A stretch of DNA of 64,000 nucleotides from an uncultured virus (IMG/VR IMGVR_UViG_3300007344_000002) (lineage: Duplodnaviria > Heunggongvirae > Uroviricota > Caudoviricetes). The position numbers and the translations under genes are program-made. Below, in pieces: positions 48,686 to 59,729 of the stretch. Position 1 is the stretch's first letter. Each line of letters starts with the position of its first letter. The stretch lies in IMG/VR virus record IMGVR_UViG_3300007344_000002; one strand, given 5' to 3'. The notes under the pieces are model-generated. The model had not been told where the DNA came from. It did no database searches and saw only the letters and a list, made by a program, of their open reading frames with translations.

Positions 48686-51096
48686 GTTTTAAATTAGAAC
48701 TAGAGAAGAGAGTGGCTTCCCAAGAAAAGACCATATTTCAAAAGGCTAAGTTAATCGAAGATAGAGGGAAGTCTCCTTTTCCTACTATGAAGAGAACCAT
48801 TACTAAAATTGGAGAAGACTTGGCCACTGAATTTAGAGAGAATGACAAACCAGTAGGGGCGACTGAAAAAAAGACCGCTATCAAAGAAGTCAACCTAGCC
48901 ACTAAAAGGAAGTACAGGGATTTGGTTAGGGATAGGGCCGATGAATTAACTCCGGATTATGTTGAAGAAGATGGAAAGAAAGTAATTGAAGATGGAGAAG
49001 TTAGAGAGTTGGATGAAGCCCTATTCCAAAATAAAATTCTATCGAAGGTATTTTCCGGAATCACCATTAAAGGAAAAAACATTACTGTTGAAGTATTGAA
49101 TCAAACTTTCTCCAACAAAGATATTATTGTCAAGAAGCCTTTTACACGACAGAAACCAAACAAGTCTTCGGATAGAATTAGAGCAAGAATTGATTCTCTA
49201 GACGAGGACGATACTGAACTTTTGAGTAAGTTAATGCCGGAAGTAGAAAAAGTGTTGGAAGGAATAGACGCTTACTACAGCGAAGTACTGGAATCACAAT
49301 TTGATGAAGAAGGTGAGCGTATTGTTGTAGACATTAGAGATGATGTGCTATCTTTTATTGGAAATGAACCTTACATTAGTAAGAGCAAAAGAATTTCTAT
49401 TTATTCTGCATGGAAAGAGGTAGCCCCTAAACACGCTGATGTGTATAAGTCGGTTGAATCTCTAATTACCTCTCTAAAATCCGGAGGAATGGAAGAGTAC
49501 GGGGCTAAATTAAATACTGCTAATGAATTGTTTAAGGCAAATGGTCAGTATGTGGTGAAATTAGGTAAGGCTACAGTTCAACAACAAGGAGCGGATGATG
49601 CTGTCTTTAGTTTATTCGAGGGTCTAGGCAAGGCAAGTATAGAAATTGAAGGAGATAGTGGAAAAAGCGGAAGTGAAGTTGCAGAACAATTAGAAGAGGA
49701 TGTACTTGACAACATTAGGGAGGATGCAACAGAATTTTCTAATCTAATAACGACTGAAATAGACCCGCTTGGCTACAGTTATTTATCTAAGTACACCTAT
49801 GGTATTCTAACCGATTCTACAGAACTAAACAAAATAAAAGAAGCGGCAGACACCATGAAAATTATTTATCTCATAGAGTCTAGAGCCGAAATAGAAAGGT
49901 TGGATAAAGCCATAGAAAGAATGGGACAAATACAGCCTGTTTCCGGTTCTTCTTTTTATTTGCCAGCGCAGATATTAGATAGCGCAGACCTCGCTAGAAA
50001 GTTTGGTGCGGGTATTCGCCCAGTTAAAATAAGTGGGGCTATACAATCTCTTCTTATGACTCTAGAAGAAATAACAATGCAACAAAAAATGTCTACTGGC
50101 GGAACTGTAGTTGGGCCTAGAGGGGGTCAAGGCGGAAAGGGAGATGGTAGAGGAGGTGACTCATATGTTTCTGCATATCCTTCTGCTAAGGGTATTCCTA
50201 GAGAATTAGGTAAAGAAGCGCAGAAGAAACTAGATAGCGTTCTTGAGGCTCTAGACGACTATTTGTATAAGCCGCTTTTGAATCCGGCTATGACTTTAGA
50301 TTTAGACTTTAGAATAAAAAATACTACTGCCTTTAAATCTATTAAGACTTTGAGTTCTAGTGATTTTGCTAAAGTCTATACAAAATTAGTGAAGAGGTCT
50401 AACACTAGAAGAGGCCGACTACTAAGAGATGTAGACTTGAAAAACATTCAAACATTTTTGAAATCAATCAATACTCCTAACATAGAACACGAAGAAGTTT
50501 TCAACGCCGCTAGATTACTAGCATCTTCTCTCAAAAGAATCTTTAGAGATAAGGATATAATTAAACAATACAATGAAGAGATGGCTCAGTTTCTTGGCAG
50601 AATCAACCTTAGAGGTCAAAATCCTCAACAAGGACTCCGCTTTGCAGGTGTGCCTTATCCGGAATTTGATGATGTAACTAGGGTCAGTAGAGAAAGAATA
50701 GAAGCCACTTCATTGACAGTAATGGCAGCATTAAAAGAATTTTTATTAGACAAAGGAAACACTCAGCAGATAAGTTCCAAGGGTTCCGGTAGAGCCAGAA
50801 ATATTAAGCAAATACTGAATGAATTGAGAAAGTCGGAAATAGAAGAGAAGATTTTAGAGATACACGATTCTCTTAGAATACTCAAAGGGTTGCCTATCTA
50901 TTATGGACAAGGTTCCCTTTCCTCTATTGATGATATGGACTCAATTATTACCTCCTCTAGAGAAAGATTCAACTTAGATTTAACCTCGATGGATATTGTA
51001 AAGATGGTTGAAGAGGTAGACTCCTTCTCTAATATTTCATCTAATGTTGGCGTTTCCGAAGAAGTAGTTTATTTCGTCAAGGCTAATTTTAGGTGA
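48682..51096 (+). CDS. Large hypothetical protein (804 aa), possible internal virion protein
   Basis: Long helical ORF with a Gly-rich linker. Confidence 0.6.
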   Translation: MSFKLELEKRVASQEKTIFQKAKLIEDRGKSPFPTMKRTITKIGEDLATEFRENDKPVGATEKKTAIKEVNLATKRKYRDLVRDRADELTPDYVEEDGKKVIEDGEVRELDEALFQNKILSKVFSGITIKGKNITVEVLNQTFSNKDIIVKKPFTRQKPNKSSDRIRARIDSLDEDDTELLSKLMPEVEKVLEGIDAYYSEVLESQFDEEGERIVVDIRDDVLSFIGNEPYISKSKRISIYSAWKEVAPKHADVYKSVESLITSLKSGGMEEYGAKLNTANELFKANGQYVVKLGKATVQQQGADDAVFSLFEGLGKASIEIEGDSGKSGSEVAEQLEEDVLDNIREDATEFSNLITTEIDPLGYSYLSKYTYGILTDSTELNKIKEAADTMKIIYLIESRAEIERLDKAIERMGQIQPVSGSSFYLPAQILDSADLARKFGAGIRPVKISGAIQSLLMTLEEITMQQKMSTGGTVVGPRGGQGGKGDGRGGDSYVSAYPSAKGIPRELGKEAQKKLDSVLEALDDYLYKPLLNPAMTLDLDFRIKNTTAFKSIKTLSSSDFAKVYTKLVKRSNTRRGRLLRDVDLKNIQTFLKSINTPNIEHEEVFNAARLLASSLKRIFRDKDIIKQYNEEMAQFLGRINLRGQNPQQGLRFAGVPYPEFDDVTRVSRERIEATSLTVMAALKEFLLDKGNTQQISSKGSGRARNIKQILNELRKSEIEEKILEIHDSLRILKGLPIYYGQGSLSSIDDMDSIITSSRERFNLDLTSMDIVKMVEEVDSFSNISSNVGVSEEVVYFVKANFR

Positions 51097-51101
51097 TTGA
51101 C

Positions 51102-51572
51102 ATGAGTTGGAAAAACATATTGAAAAACACGCAACCTCAAGAAGTAGGGGTTTGGTATAGTCCTCAAGGATGGACTAATACAAACAGTGGCGACCTTGAA
51201 TATGTTTGGAATATGGCTCGCAAATCAAAACTAATGCAAAAACCGGAATCTAAAGAAACTGATTGGTATGATGTTGGGATTAAATTTTTAGGTAAAACTA
51301 TTCTTTTTAAGAACGAATACCAAGACAATAACCATAAACAACAGGCTAGAGGAATGGCCGGAAAGTTCGGATTAGTAGGAAATTATGATAAAGAACATGA
51401 AACTCTATTAGATTCTATTATGAGGATTGTTGATAACGCTGGAATGGAAAGCGTAGAATTTGCTAATTCTTATTTTGATATAAACGCCGCACAAAACTAC
51501 CTAAATAGATTAAAACAACAAGTGCAAAAGCCACAACCCAAAAAAGGAATGTTTGGTAGATTTAGGCGGTGA
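51102..51572 (+). CDS. Tagged hypothetical protein
   Basis: MSWKNILK start. Confidence 0.6.
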   Translation: MSWKNILKNTQPQEVGVWYSPQGWTNTNSGDLEYVWNMARKSKLMQKPESKETDWYDVGIKFLGKTILFKNEYQDNNHKQQARGMAGKFGLVGNYDKEHETLLDSIMRIVDNAGMESVEFANSYFDINAAQNYLNRLKQQVQKPQPKKGMFGRFRR

Positions 51573-51577
51573 TTGAC

Positions 51578-51904
51578 ATGAGTTGGAAAGGGATATTAAA
51601 GTTTGAAACCAAAGAAACCCTATTAGAAAGATACGAGGATTTAGAAAACAAAATCCGACAAGGACATAATCAATATGGCGGTCATTGGGAGTCGTTTGCA
51701 GGTAGGTTATCGGATATTAAAAGAGTACTTGAAGAAGAAAACTACGAAGAAGACATTGAATTTTTTATTCTTAGGCAAATTACCAAGATGGAAGATTATA
51801 TGGACGATTGGCCATTCGATGAGATTTTTGATACTAGACAGGCTTTGTCGAATTTTTATGTTGCTTTTAAAAGAAAGGTCGATTTCATAAAAGAACAAGA
51901 ATAG
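51578..51904 (+). CDS. Tagged hypothetical protein
   Basis: MSWKGILK start. Confidence 0.6.
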   Translation: MSWKGILKFETKETLLERYEDLENKIRQGHNQYGGHWESFAGRLSDIKRVLEEENYEEDIEFFILRQITKMEDYMDDWPFDEIFDTRQALSNFYVAFKRKVDFIKEQE

Positions 51905-51924
51905 TAGAAGAAGGGGTGAACGAT

Positions 51925-53349
51925 ATGTCTGACATTGCAGGGTTAAACTTAGAACGGCAAATGGACTTAGAACTATCTAAGAATTCATTTCCTTATTTCT
52001 TTGAAAATGTTCTAGGTTGGGATTTCGCAAGCCATCAACAAGAATGGCTTGAGTTAATGGGACAAACCCAAAGAACAGTAATTATTTGTAGTCGGGGTCA
52101 CGGAAAGTCTGTCTTCATGCACTCATGGGTTGTTTGGAATTTAATATTTCAACCTCCTCCATACCAAATGCTCTACATTTCCTCTAACCAAAAGCAGACT
52201 ATGGTTCACATGAGGGACATTGATAAGGTATTCAATAACCCTACAATTAAACATTTCAAACCTGCTAAGGGTTGGGCTATTGGAAACATTACCCTCACCA
52301 ATGGAAATCAAATTCTTGAGCGTTCGGTTGGTTCACAGATTCGTGGTCTTCACCCTCAAGAGATTATTATTGACGACCCTTTGAAGGAGTTTAGTTTGAC
52401 TGCAATTCAAAAAGTCACTGATTGGTTTTATGGTGACATGATACCAACTTTACACCACTCCGCTTCCCTTAGAGTCATTGGAACTCCGTTCAGTTATACA
52501 GATATTTACACTCAACTAGAGGAGAACGAAGCATATACCGTTAGAAAGTATCCTTGCTTTAACGCTCTTAATGAACCTCTTTGGCCTAATCGTTGGGACT
52601 ATGATGCTCTCATGGCTAGAAAGGCAGAAATAGGCTCTCTTAAATTTACAAGAGAGTATCTTTGTGTTCCTGTATCTACAGGTACTTCTCTATTCAATCC
52701 CGAATATTTAGAGCGAGCCAAGAATAAAAACTTGGTATTGAAACCTACTCGTAGAGAGGGCTACAAGTACTATGTTGGTATTGACCCTGCTATTTCTACA
52801 GATGGTGACTACAATGTAATCACAGTATTGGAAGTAGATGAGAATGATAACAAAAATGTCGTTTATATTGATAGGGCTAAGAATGTAGAATTTAGAGAAA
52901 ATTTACAGAAGGTTAGGCTAATAGGAAAAATATTCCAACCCGAAGTAATCTTATTTGAAACAAATGTATTCGCTAAATCCTTTACTCAAGAACTTAGAAA
53001 TATTTCCGATTTGAATGTTCACGATTTTAATACTACAAGGAAAAAGAAACAGGACATTATTTTGAATCTACAGATGAATTTTGAGAATGAGAAGATACAC
53101 CTACCTTATGCTAATGAAGAAAGTAGAAGAGTCACTTCTGCTCTAATAGAAGAACTCTCTATGTTTTCTATTACTTCTAAGGGCAAATTTGAGGGAGTTG
53201 GGGCGCACGACGATATGGTAATGAGTTTAGCATTGGCTAATGCCGCTACTAAGACCATCAGTGAAAACTTCTTATTGTTAGATGATTTGGGGATATTTGA
53301 TGCGCCTATAAATAATAGGGGCATGGGTATAATGGGACTGAACTTTTGA
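51925..53349 (+). CDS. terL: Terminase large subunit
   Basis: SRGHGKS, Walker B IIIDD, motif III IGTP, nuclease GIDPA and HDDMVMSLALA. Confidence 0.92.
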   Translation: MSDIAGLNLERQMDLELSKNSFPYFFENVLGWDFASHQQEWLELMGQTQRTVIICSRGHGKSVFMHSWVVWNLIFQPPPYQMLYISSNQKQTMVHMRDIDKVFNNPTIKHFKPAKGWAIGNITLTNGNQILERSVGSQIRGLHPQEIIIDDPLKEFSLTAIQKVTDWFYGDMIPTLHHSASLRVIGTPFSYTDIYTQLEENEAYTVRKYPCFNALNEPLWPNRWDYDALMARKAEIGSLKFTREYLCVPVSTGTSLFNPEYLERAKNKNLVLKPTRREGYKYYVGIDPAISTDGDYNVITVLEVDENDNKNVVYIDRAKNVEFRENLQKVRLIGKIFQPEVILFETNVFAKSFTQELRNISDLNVHDFNTTRKKKQDIILNLQMNFENEKIHLPYANEESRRVTSALIEELSMFSITSKGKFEGVGAHDDMVMSLALANAATKTISENFLLLDDLGIFDAPINNRGMGIMGLNF

Positions 53350-53358
53350 GGGAAAATT

Positions 53359-54975
53359 ATGCCAACGCCAGATGAATTAAGAGAGGCTAGCACTAGATTA
53401 GAACAGGTCGCCGCTTTAGAAGAAGAGGCAGAGAATGACTTGGAAGATGCTAAGAGTCTATTAGATGATAAAATCGCTCTCAGTTTATCGAATGAACTTT
53501 CTATTGTTTCCGAACATGAACTAGTTTCTAAAATTTCTACAGAATTTAAACTCAATGCTTCTCAAGCAAAAAGACACATTGAATCTTTCCCTAAGAAGCA
53601 GATGTATTATGGCGAAGAAGTTCCTAATGTTGTCAAGGCTCTAAGAAAAGAGCGCAGAAGTCTAAAAGGAGAATCAAGAGATAGAATGACTAAGAGCATT
53701 GATGCTATTATTGATGGCTACTCCGAACACATTACAAAGTGCGTCAAGAGTATTTATTGGCTTACTCCATACAGAGAGCCATTTATGAAAATGAAGTTTG
53801 ATGAGAATGACCTTCTAAAATTACACAGCATGAAAGAAGCATCTCAAAGAAGGAGAGTTATTGACTCAATATGCAAGTATTGGGAAGCAGAATTAGATTT
53901 GAAAGACACTAGTTATGGAAAACAATACTCACTATTATCGAAAGAAATGAATTTGGCTAAGAGAGAGTTTAGGAAACATATCAAGGACATATCATCTTCT
54001 TCTCTAAAGAAATCAATCAAGGAAGAAACTAGAGAGTATATCGTGAAGCAAGTCAAAGACAATCAAGGAATATCAGCGAGAGAACTACATGATAGGATGC
54101 CTTCTAAATTATACGACAGGAATTCATGGCACTCTATTTCTAAGATGGCTAAGTCTTTAGAAGTCACTTCTGTTTCGGGAAGATACTTCACCTTAGATTC
54201 GGAAATAAAGAAGAATGTTTGGGCTTATACTGCCGCTTTTATTGATTCGGACGGCTATATTACTATGGATAGGAATCACAACCCTAGAGTTGGTCTAGTA
54301 GCCACAGGAGATAGAGGCAAGGCATTTATGACTGAAATACACAAGGCTTTGGGAGGTATTGGTAAATTACACTTAGACCAAAAATCTCCACAAGACACAC
54401 GGCCAGTGAATCGTCTAAATTTCTATTCTCAAAGTGATGTGACAGAACTATTAACTAAGTGTCTGCCTCACTTTAGAATGAAGAAAGGTAATGCTAATCT
54501 TTTATTGGAACTTATTAGAATGAAGAAATCTTACAAGAAGGCGGAATGGTACAAAAGCCGTTGTGATGAGATTTTCAAGTTAATGAAATGGGAGAATCAC
54601 AAAGACCATGTAGGTTTTGATTTTGCTAAAGAAGGTATTTATGTAGACGATATTTCAAAATACCAAGATAATTGTAAAATGTCTGTTATGGATGAAATGG
54701 AAAACATTGGCGGAATGATTGCTAAGAAAGAATTTGGAGATACTTCATTCAAAGCCTACTATAGAAAAGTAAAAGAAATACTAAGAAAGACAGTTATAGA
54801 TAAAGATGATGAAGATGTTATCATGTCTTTCTTAGATGCTGGTATGAAAGATGAAGAAAGTAGCGAAGATGAAATGACAATGATTAGTGCTGGTTTTGCT
54901 AAAAATAAAATTGAAGAAGTTTTGTCCAAATATGGTAAAAGTCAAAAGCAACTATTTACAGAGGAAAATCGTTAG
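53359..54975 (+). CDS. Multidomain protein with wHTH and LAGLIDADG endonuclease domains
   Basis: GISARELH (HTH-like) followed by YTAAFIDSDGYI...LPHFRMKK. Confidence 0.7.
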   Translation: MPTPDELREASTRLEQVAALEEEAENDLEDAKSLLDDKIALSLSNELSIVSEHELVSKISTEFKLNASQAKRHIESFPKKQMYYGEEVPNVVKALRKERRSLKGESRDRMTKSIDAIIDGYSEHITKCVKSIYWLTPYREPFMKMKFDENDLLKLHSMKEASQRRRVIDSICKYWEAELDLKDTSYGKQYSLLSKEMNLAKREFRKHIKDISSSSLKKSIKEETREYIVKQVKDNQGISARELHDRMPSKLYDRNSWHSISKMAKSLEVTSVSGRYFTLDSEIKKNVWAYTAAFIDSDGYITMDRNHNPRVGLVATGDRGKAFMTEIHKALGGIGKLHLDQKSPQDTRPVNRLNFYSQSDVTELLTKCLPHFRMKKGNANLLLELIRMKKSYKKAEWYKSRCDEIFKLMKWENHKDHVGFDFAKEGIYVDDISKYQDNCKMSVMDEMENIGGMIAKKEFGDTSFKAYYRKVKEILRKTVIDKDDEDVIMSFLDAGMKDEESSEDEMTMISAGFAKNKIEEVLSKYGKSQKQLFTEENR

Positions 54976-55072
54976 GTGTTTTATTTGAAATATTGTGGTC
55001 AATGTTATACTTGTGATGTTATAGATTTAAGACCATTTGGATACTGCAAAAAATGTTGGGAGGTGAAAGGAA

Positions 55073-55851
55073 ATGACTTGGCAAGAGATTCTAAAAGTTA
55101 AGGCCACTGCCACCCATAATAGTAAAGGCGAGCCTAAAGATAGGTGCGCTAAACTAGCAGATAAAAAATACGGAATGAAAGGTTCAGCCTACAAATCCGG
55201 CTTTATGGTTCAATGTAGAAAGGGAACTAAAGGAAAAGTCAAGAAAGGTGGAGATAATTTCAAAGCAGAAAAAGAATCAGGATTACATGGCTGGTTCAAC
55301 AGAAGAGGAGGAAGTGGTAAAGCAAAGGGTTGGGTTTCTTGTCAATCATGTGAAGATGATAAAAAGGGAACAAAACCTTGTGGTCGTAAAGACGCTTCTA
55401 AAGGAACTAAACAAAGATGTAGGCCAACCTGTGCCGCATGTAAAACATACAAAAGGAGAAGAGGGGCATGAGTTGGAAGGACATAGTAAAGGCACACTGC
55501 GGAACAGAAAAGATGGGTAAGCCATGCAACTGTGAAGAATGTGTAAATAAGAAATTGACACCTAAACAAAGTAAGCACTTAGATAGAAATAAAGATGGCA
55601 AAATCAGCCGTGAAGATTTTGATTTGTTGAATAAAGGAGAATTAGCAAAGGTGGAGAAATTGATTCTCGCTGAAATTAAGAAAGAAGGTGGTGCTTTAGG
55701 TATGAAAAATCTAAAGAGTATTGCTGACACTAAAACTCTAAAAAGAGCCATAGATGGCCTCGTTAGAAGAAAGAAAATTTACATTCACACTGATGGAGAT
55801 ATTTACACTCACAAACCAAGTAGTAAAAGAAGGGGGCCATTTACAGCATGA
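55073..55851 (+). CDS. Two tagged basic, Cys-rich proteins (55073-55471, 55468-55851)
   Basis: MTWQEILK and MSWKDIVK starts. The second has an EF-hand-like LDRNKDGKISREDF. Confidence 0.6.
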
Positions 55852-56378
55852 GTTGGACTAATATTTTGAAAAAAACTGACTATAATGATTTAGATGATAA
55901 ATCTAAACAGGAGATAAACAAGGCTTTGCTAGGAAAGGGCTTTCTTAAACCTAGCCTACTGTATTTTTCTCATTTCCCGCACAATGGGGATTTTTATTTA
56001 TTTGAGGAAAAAGCAGACAGCCATATTCCAATAGAAAAGTTTGATATGGGTTTTCCTAAAGACTTTGAATTAAGTGCTTCGGGAGAAATAGAAATATATA
56101 ACGGCAATGTATTTACAGATGTTAGTATCTATATTCGACACAGAAATATGGATTACGAAGACAGGTATTATATTGGGAATTTTAAAGGAAAGAAAACTAT
56201 ATCTAAAGATGTTGAGAAGGATATAATCGAATCAAGAGATTTGCGTAAATTAAAAGAGTATCTTCCGGAATTCAATCCTGAACAAGAAAGGTATTTATTT
56301 GCACAAGCAGACTACAACAAATTAGTTTCTTACCTAAAAGAAACCAAAAAATGGGAAGAGATTAGCGATACACTTTAA
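55848..56378 (+). CDS. Tagged protein, paralog of 44456-45223
   Basis: MSWTNILK start; shared blocks with the paralog. Confidence 0.65.
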   Translation: MSWTNILKKTDYNDLDDKSKQEINKALLGKGFLKPSLLYFSHFPHNGDFYLFEEKADSHIPIEKFDMGFPKDFELSASGEIEIYNGNVFTDVSIYIRHRNMDYEDRYYIGNFKGKKTISKDVEKDIIESRDLRKLKEYLPEFNPEQERYLFAQADYNKLVSYLKETKKWEEISDTL

Positions 56379-56387
56379 GGTGATATT

Positions 56388-56789
56388 ATGGATTGGACTA
56401 TTATTCTAAAAAAACTAGAATGCCCTTTGGCTACTCAAGATTTGAAACTCAATACTAAGAATAGAGATAGGGCAGTAAAAGAAAAGCATATTCAATACGG
56501 TCCTCTCAATCTAAGCGACGAAAAGTATTGGGAAGAATATGCTAAGAAGTGGAATACTACTGCTGATGTTGCTAAGGAATCTAATTGCAGTAATTGTATT
56601 GCGTTTGACATATCTCCAAGAATGGACGAATGTATGCCACTAAACACAGATGAAGATGGTCGATTAGGCTACTGTTGGATGCACGATTTCAAATGTCATT
56701 CTGCAAGAACTTGCTACACTTGGGCTAAAGGTGGCCCAATTGATGATGATAAGACTTCTAAAGAAAACCAATTGAGGAAAGAAAAATGA
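56388..56789 (+). CDS. Tagged Cys-rich protein with HiPIP-like cysteine spacing
   Basis: CSNCIAF...GYC...C...TCYTW. Confidence 0.5.
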   Translation: MDWTIILKKLECPLATQDLKLNTKNRDRAVKEKHIQYGPLNLSDEKYWEEYAKKWNTTADVAKESNCSNCIAFDISPRMDECMPLNTDEDGRLGYCWMHDFKCHSARTCYTWAKGGPIDDDKTSKENQLRKEK

Positions 56790-57812
56790 GTTGGGAAGAA
56801 GTAATTAAGCGGGGGGGCGCAAGGAAAATCGACTACGGCTTTCTAAACAGGGTTGCTATTCAAGAAGCCCAACGATTAAAAGGGAAAGTCCTAAATCCAA
56901 ATGAATTCCATACATTCATAGAAGATGTAAGAGACAGGTATGCTAAACTACATAAAAATATTAAATCAGATAGGATAAGAAATTATATCATAAATCATTT
57001 GAAGAAAAGAAATCTGTTAGGAACTAAACGAAAAAAGCAAAGAATTGTTATTGATGGTAAATTTATTGGGTATAAACCAGTGACTATTTATGAGTTTTTG
57101 TGAGGAATTGTTATGAGTTGGGAAGAAGTACTAAAAAACGACAATGAAGAAACAGTCCCGCATAAGGGAATACCAACAAATAGAGATGAGTTTTATCGCT
57201 CTACCTTTTTGAATCAAGCCGAGTACCATGAAAAGGAATTAAAAAGAGTCAAAGAATTTGACTATAAAATTAGGGTGTATTATTATGACAGAACAGGTAG
57301 GCGATTGCAGACCTATGGGGGAGGTCAAAAAAGAAAAATATGGGGACCTTATGTTCGATTTCACAAGGCCATGATGGATAGGGCTATGGTAAGTCATAGA
57401 GATAGGCGAAAAAGCAAGAAGCCTTACTATAATATGAATGACATGCCCGATGGCGGTAAGAAATTCGAGAGTGAAAGGTACGATAATCTTCCAGATTATA
57501 GTGAAGAGATTTGAGGGATATGCTATGAGTTGGGAAGAAGTACTAAAGAAAGACAAAAAGGATATGAGAGTAGGCCGTGTTTATCGTTCCGATAGAAAAG
57601 GTAAGAAAATTATGATGCTTACTCACGAAGGTAAAAAGATTCATGCAGGTGCTAAAGGATATGGCAACTACAAACGCAAGGGAAAAAATCGTGGTGGAGG
57701 GACTCATAAAGACCCCGCCCGTAGGAAAAATTTCCGAGCAAGGCATAATTGCGACCAATGTAAAGGAAGAATTACTACTCCAAAATGTCTAGCCTGTAAG
57801 AAATTATGGTGA
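56786..57812 (+). CDS. Three tagged basic proteins (56786-57103, 57113-57514, 57525-57812)
   Basis: MSWEEVIK, MSWEEVLK and MSWEEVLK starts. The last has RRKNFRARHNC. Confidence 0.6.
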
Positions 57813-57861
57813 GATACGGTTATTAAATAGGCCGATAAACAAAAGGTGAGAGGGAGTTCAT

Positions 57862-59505
57862 ATGGCGGAAAAGCGACGGTTTGGCATCAGTGGATTGTTT
57901 AGAAGGTCTACACCTAAGCCAGCAGACCGCAGGGTGTATAACATTGGGATACAGGAAAGAGAGCAGTCGTACATGATGACGGCTCCAATGGTCTACAACA
58001 TAACTCAACAATCTGTTATTGTCCGTACTTGTATAACTCAATTGAAGCAAGAAATTTTCCGAAGAGGATACATTTGGGAGAAGGCTTACGAGGCTCGATG
58101 TAATGCTTGTCAAAAGACTCATCAAAGACCTGTCAGTGAATGTGCTAGATGTGGCTCTACTGATTTAGTGAAGCCAGACCCTAAGCAATTGGAATATGCT
58201 GAGAAATTTATTGAAGGATATATTAACAAGTCCGAGCAACTCTTTATTGATGTTTTAAAAGAATTAGAAGACGACCTAAATATCATGGATGATGCCTACA
58301 TTGTTCTTGTGAAAGAATATTACTTGGATGGCAATGGTAAGATTAGGATGCACAGAATCAAAGAACTATTCCGAGGCGACCCAGTGACTATGGCAATTTA
58401 CGCTGATGAGTTGGGAGTTAGAGGAAATAAAGGATTTACTTGTATCAACCACAGGCAATTTGTAGCACAAGAGCCGCACGAACTATGTAGCGAATGTGGT
58501 AGCAACTTGCATCCGATACACTATGTCAACCGAGCAAACGGAGAGGAACAATTCTACATAAAAGGAGAAATACTTCACTTTAGTAAATACAGTCCTAGTA
58601 GACTATACGGCCACTCTCCGGTTATGACACTATTTAATCACATAATGACTCTTATTGCTATGGAAAATTATGTCAATTCTTCTTACACTAAGAGCAGAAT
58701 GCCTAGAGGTTTGTTAGCAGTACAGACTAGAAACATGGACTCTATGGCCGCATTTTGGAGAGGAGTCAAAGAAAGAATGGAACAAGACCCTCACTATATT
58801 CCAGTTATGGGAATCGAAGCCGACAATGGTAAGGGTTCAGTTGAGTGGATTAAGTTCATGGACAGCCTCAAAGAAATGGAATATGTTTCTGTTAAGGATG
58901 ATTTGAGAGATAGAATTTCTGCTTTCTATGGAGTTAGTAAGGTCTTCATGGCAGACAATACTACGAGTGGAGGACTTAACAATGAGGGTATGCAAATACT
59001 TGTGACAAATCGTGCTGTTCAAATGGCACAGAATGTCTACAATAATTATGTCTTCCCGTTCCTAACAAAACAATTTGGTATTACTGATTGGAATTTGAAA
59101 CTGCCTCCTTCGGAAGAAGAAGATGAAATTGCTGGACTTAGACGAAGAGAATTAGAAGTCAATATTGCGGCTTCTGTTAAGAACTTAGGATTTGAAGTAG
59201 AAATGGATGAGGATGGAAACTTTACTTTCAATAAACCGGAGCCTAAAGAGGAACCTCCTCAAGAAGGAGAAGAGGCTAAGTCACAATCCGGTGTAGATGG
59301 ATTAGTAGGTTCTAACTTCGACCAAAGAGATATTGATGAGATGAATAGAGAAATGTTAGAGGGAGGAGGTAAGCCTCAAGAGAATCCCGCTACCACAAGA
59401 AATAAACCATCCATGAGCGTAGGCCCCGATAAGCGCATGACGGGATTGCCTACTGATGCTGGCAATCAAAATGTCGATAGAAGAAGCGAAAGGAGAATAC
59501 CATAA
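57862..59505 (+). CDS. Portal protein with zinc-ribbon insertions
   Basis: ILHFSKY...LYGHSPV, MPRGLL, ISAFYGVS (HK97-like portal motifs). Downstream of TerL. Confidence 0.8.
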   Translation: MAEKRRFGISGLFRRSTPKPADRRVYNIGIQEREQSYMMTAPMVYNITQQSVIVRTCITQLKQEIFRRGYIWEKAYEARCNACQKTHQRPVSECARCGSTDLVKPDPKQLEYAEKFIEGYINKSEQLFIDVLKELEDDLNIMDDAYIVLVKEYYLDGNGKIRMHRIKELFRGDPVTMAIYADELGVRGNKGFTCINHRQFVAQEPHELCSECGSNLHPIHYVNRANGEEQFYIKGEILHFSKYSPSRLYGHSPVMTLFNHIMTLIAMENYVNSSYTKSRMPRGLLAVQTRNMDSMAAFWRGVKERMEQDPHYIPVMGIEADNGKGSVEWIKFMDSLKEMEYVSVKDDLRDRISAFYGVSKVFMADNTTSGGLNNEGMQILVTNRAVQMAQNVYNNYVFPFLTKQFGITDWNLKLPPSEEEDEIAGLRRRELEVNIAASVKNLGFEVEMDEDGNFTFNKPEPKEEPPQEGEEAKSQSGVDGLVGSNFDQRDIDEMNREMLEGGGKPQENPATTRNKPSMSVGPDKRMTGLPTDAGNQNVDRRSERRIP

Positions 59506-59729
59506 TGAAAGAAGACATTGCACAAAAAGAAAGAAGATTGGCAAAGGAACTAGCACAAGTTCGTTCCCAAAGGGCCGCAGACGATAGAACTACTAAGAAA
59601 TCTAGAGACTATTCTGTAGGGGGACTACCACCCGATACTACTCATCGCCCTACTAGAAGTAGTGCAGATACTCCCGATGTAGTTCAACTACCTGCTAAGA
59701 AAAGAAGAAGGACAGAAAACAAGTGGTGA
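59505..59729 (+). CDS. Small basic protein
   Basis: Coupled to the portal stop codon. Confidence 0.5.
   Translation: MKEDIAQKERRLAKELAQVRSQRAADDRTTKKSRDYSVGGLPPDTTHRPTRSSADTPDVVQLPAKKRRRTENKW

Noticed and set aside
53359..54975. Intein in or next to TerL
   Set aside because: TerL is uninterrupted and ends at 53349. The LAGLIDADG ORF has no recognisable splicing-block termini (C/S start with HN-C/S/T end).
44456..56378. Paralog pair as a DGR template/variable repeat
   Set aside because: Differences are not confined to adenines and include indels, and no RT gene is in the window.
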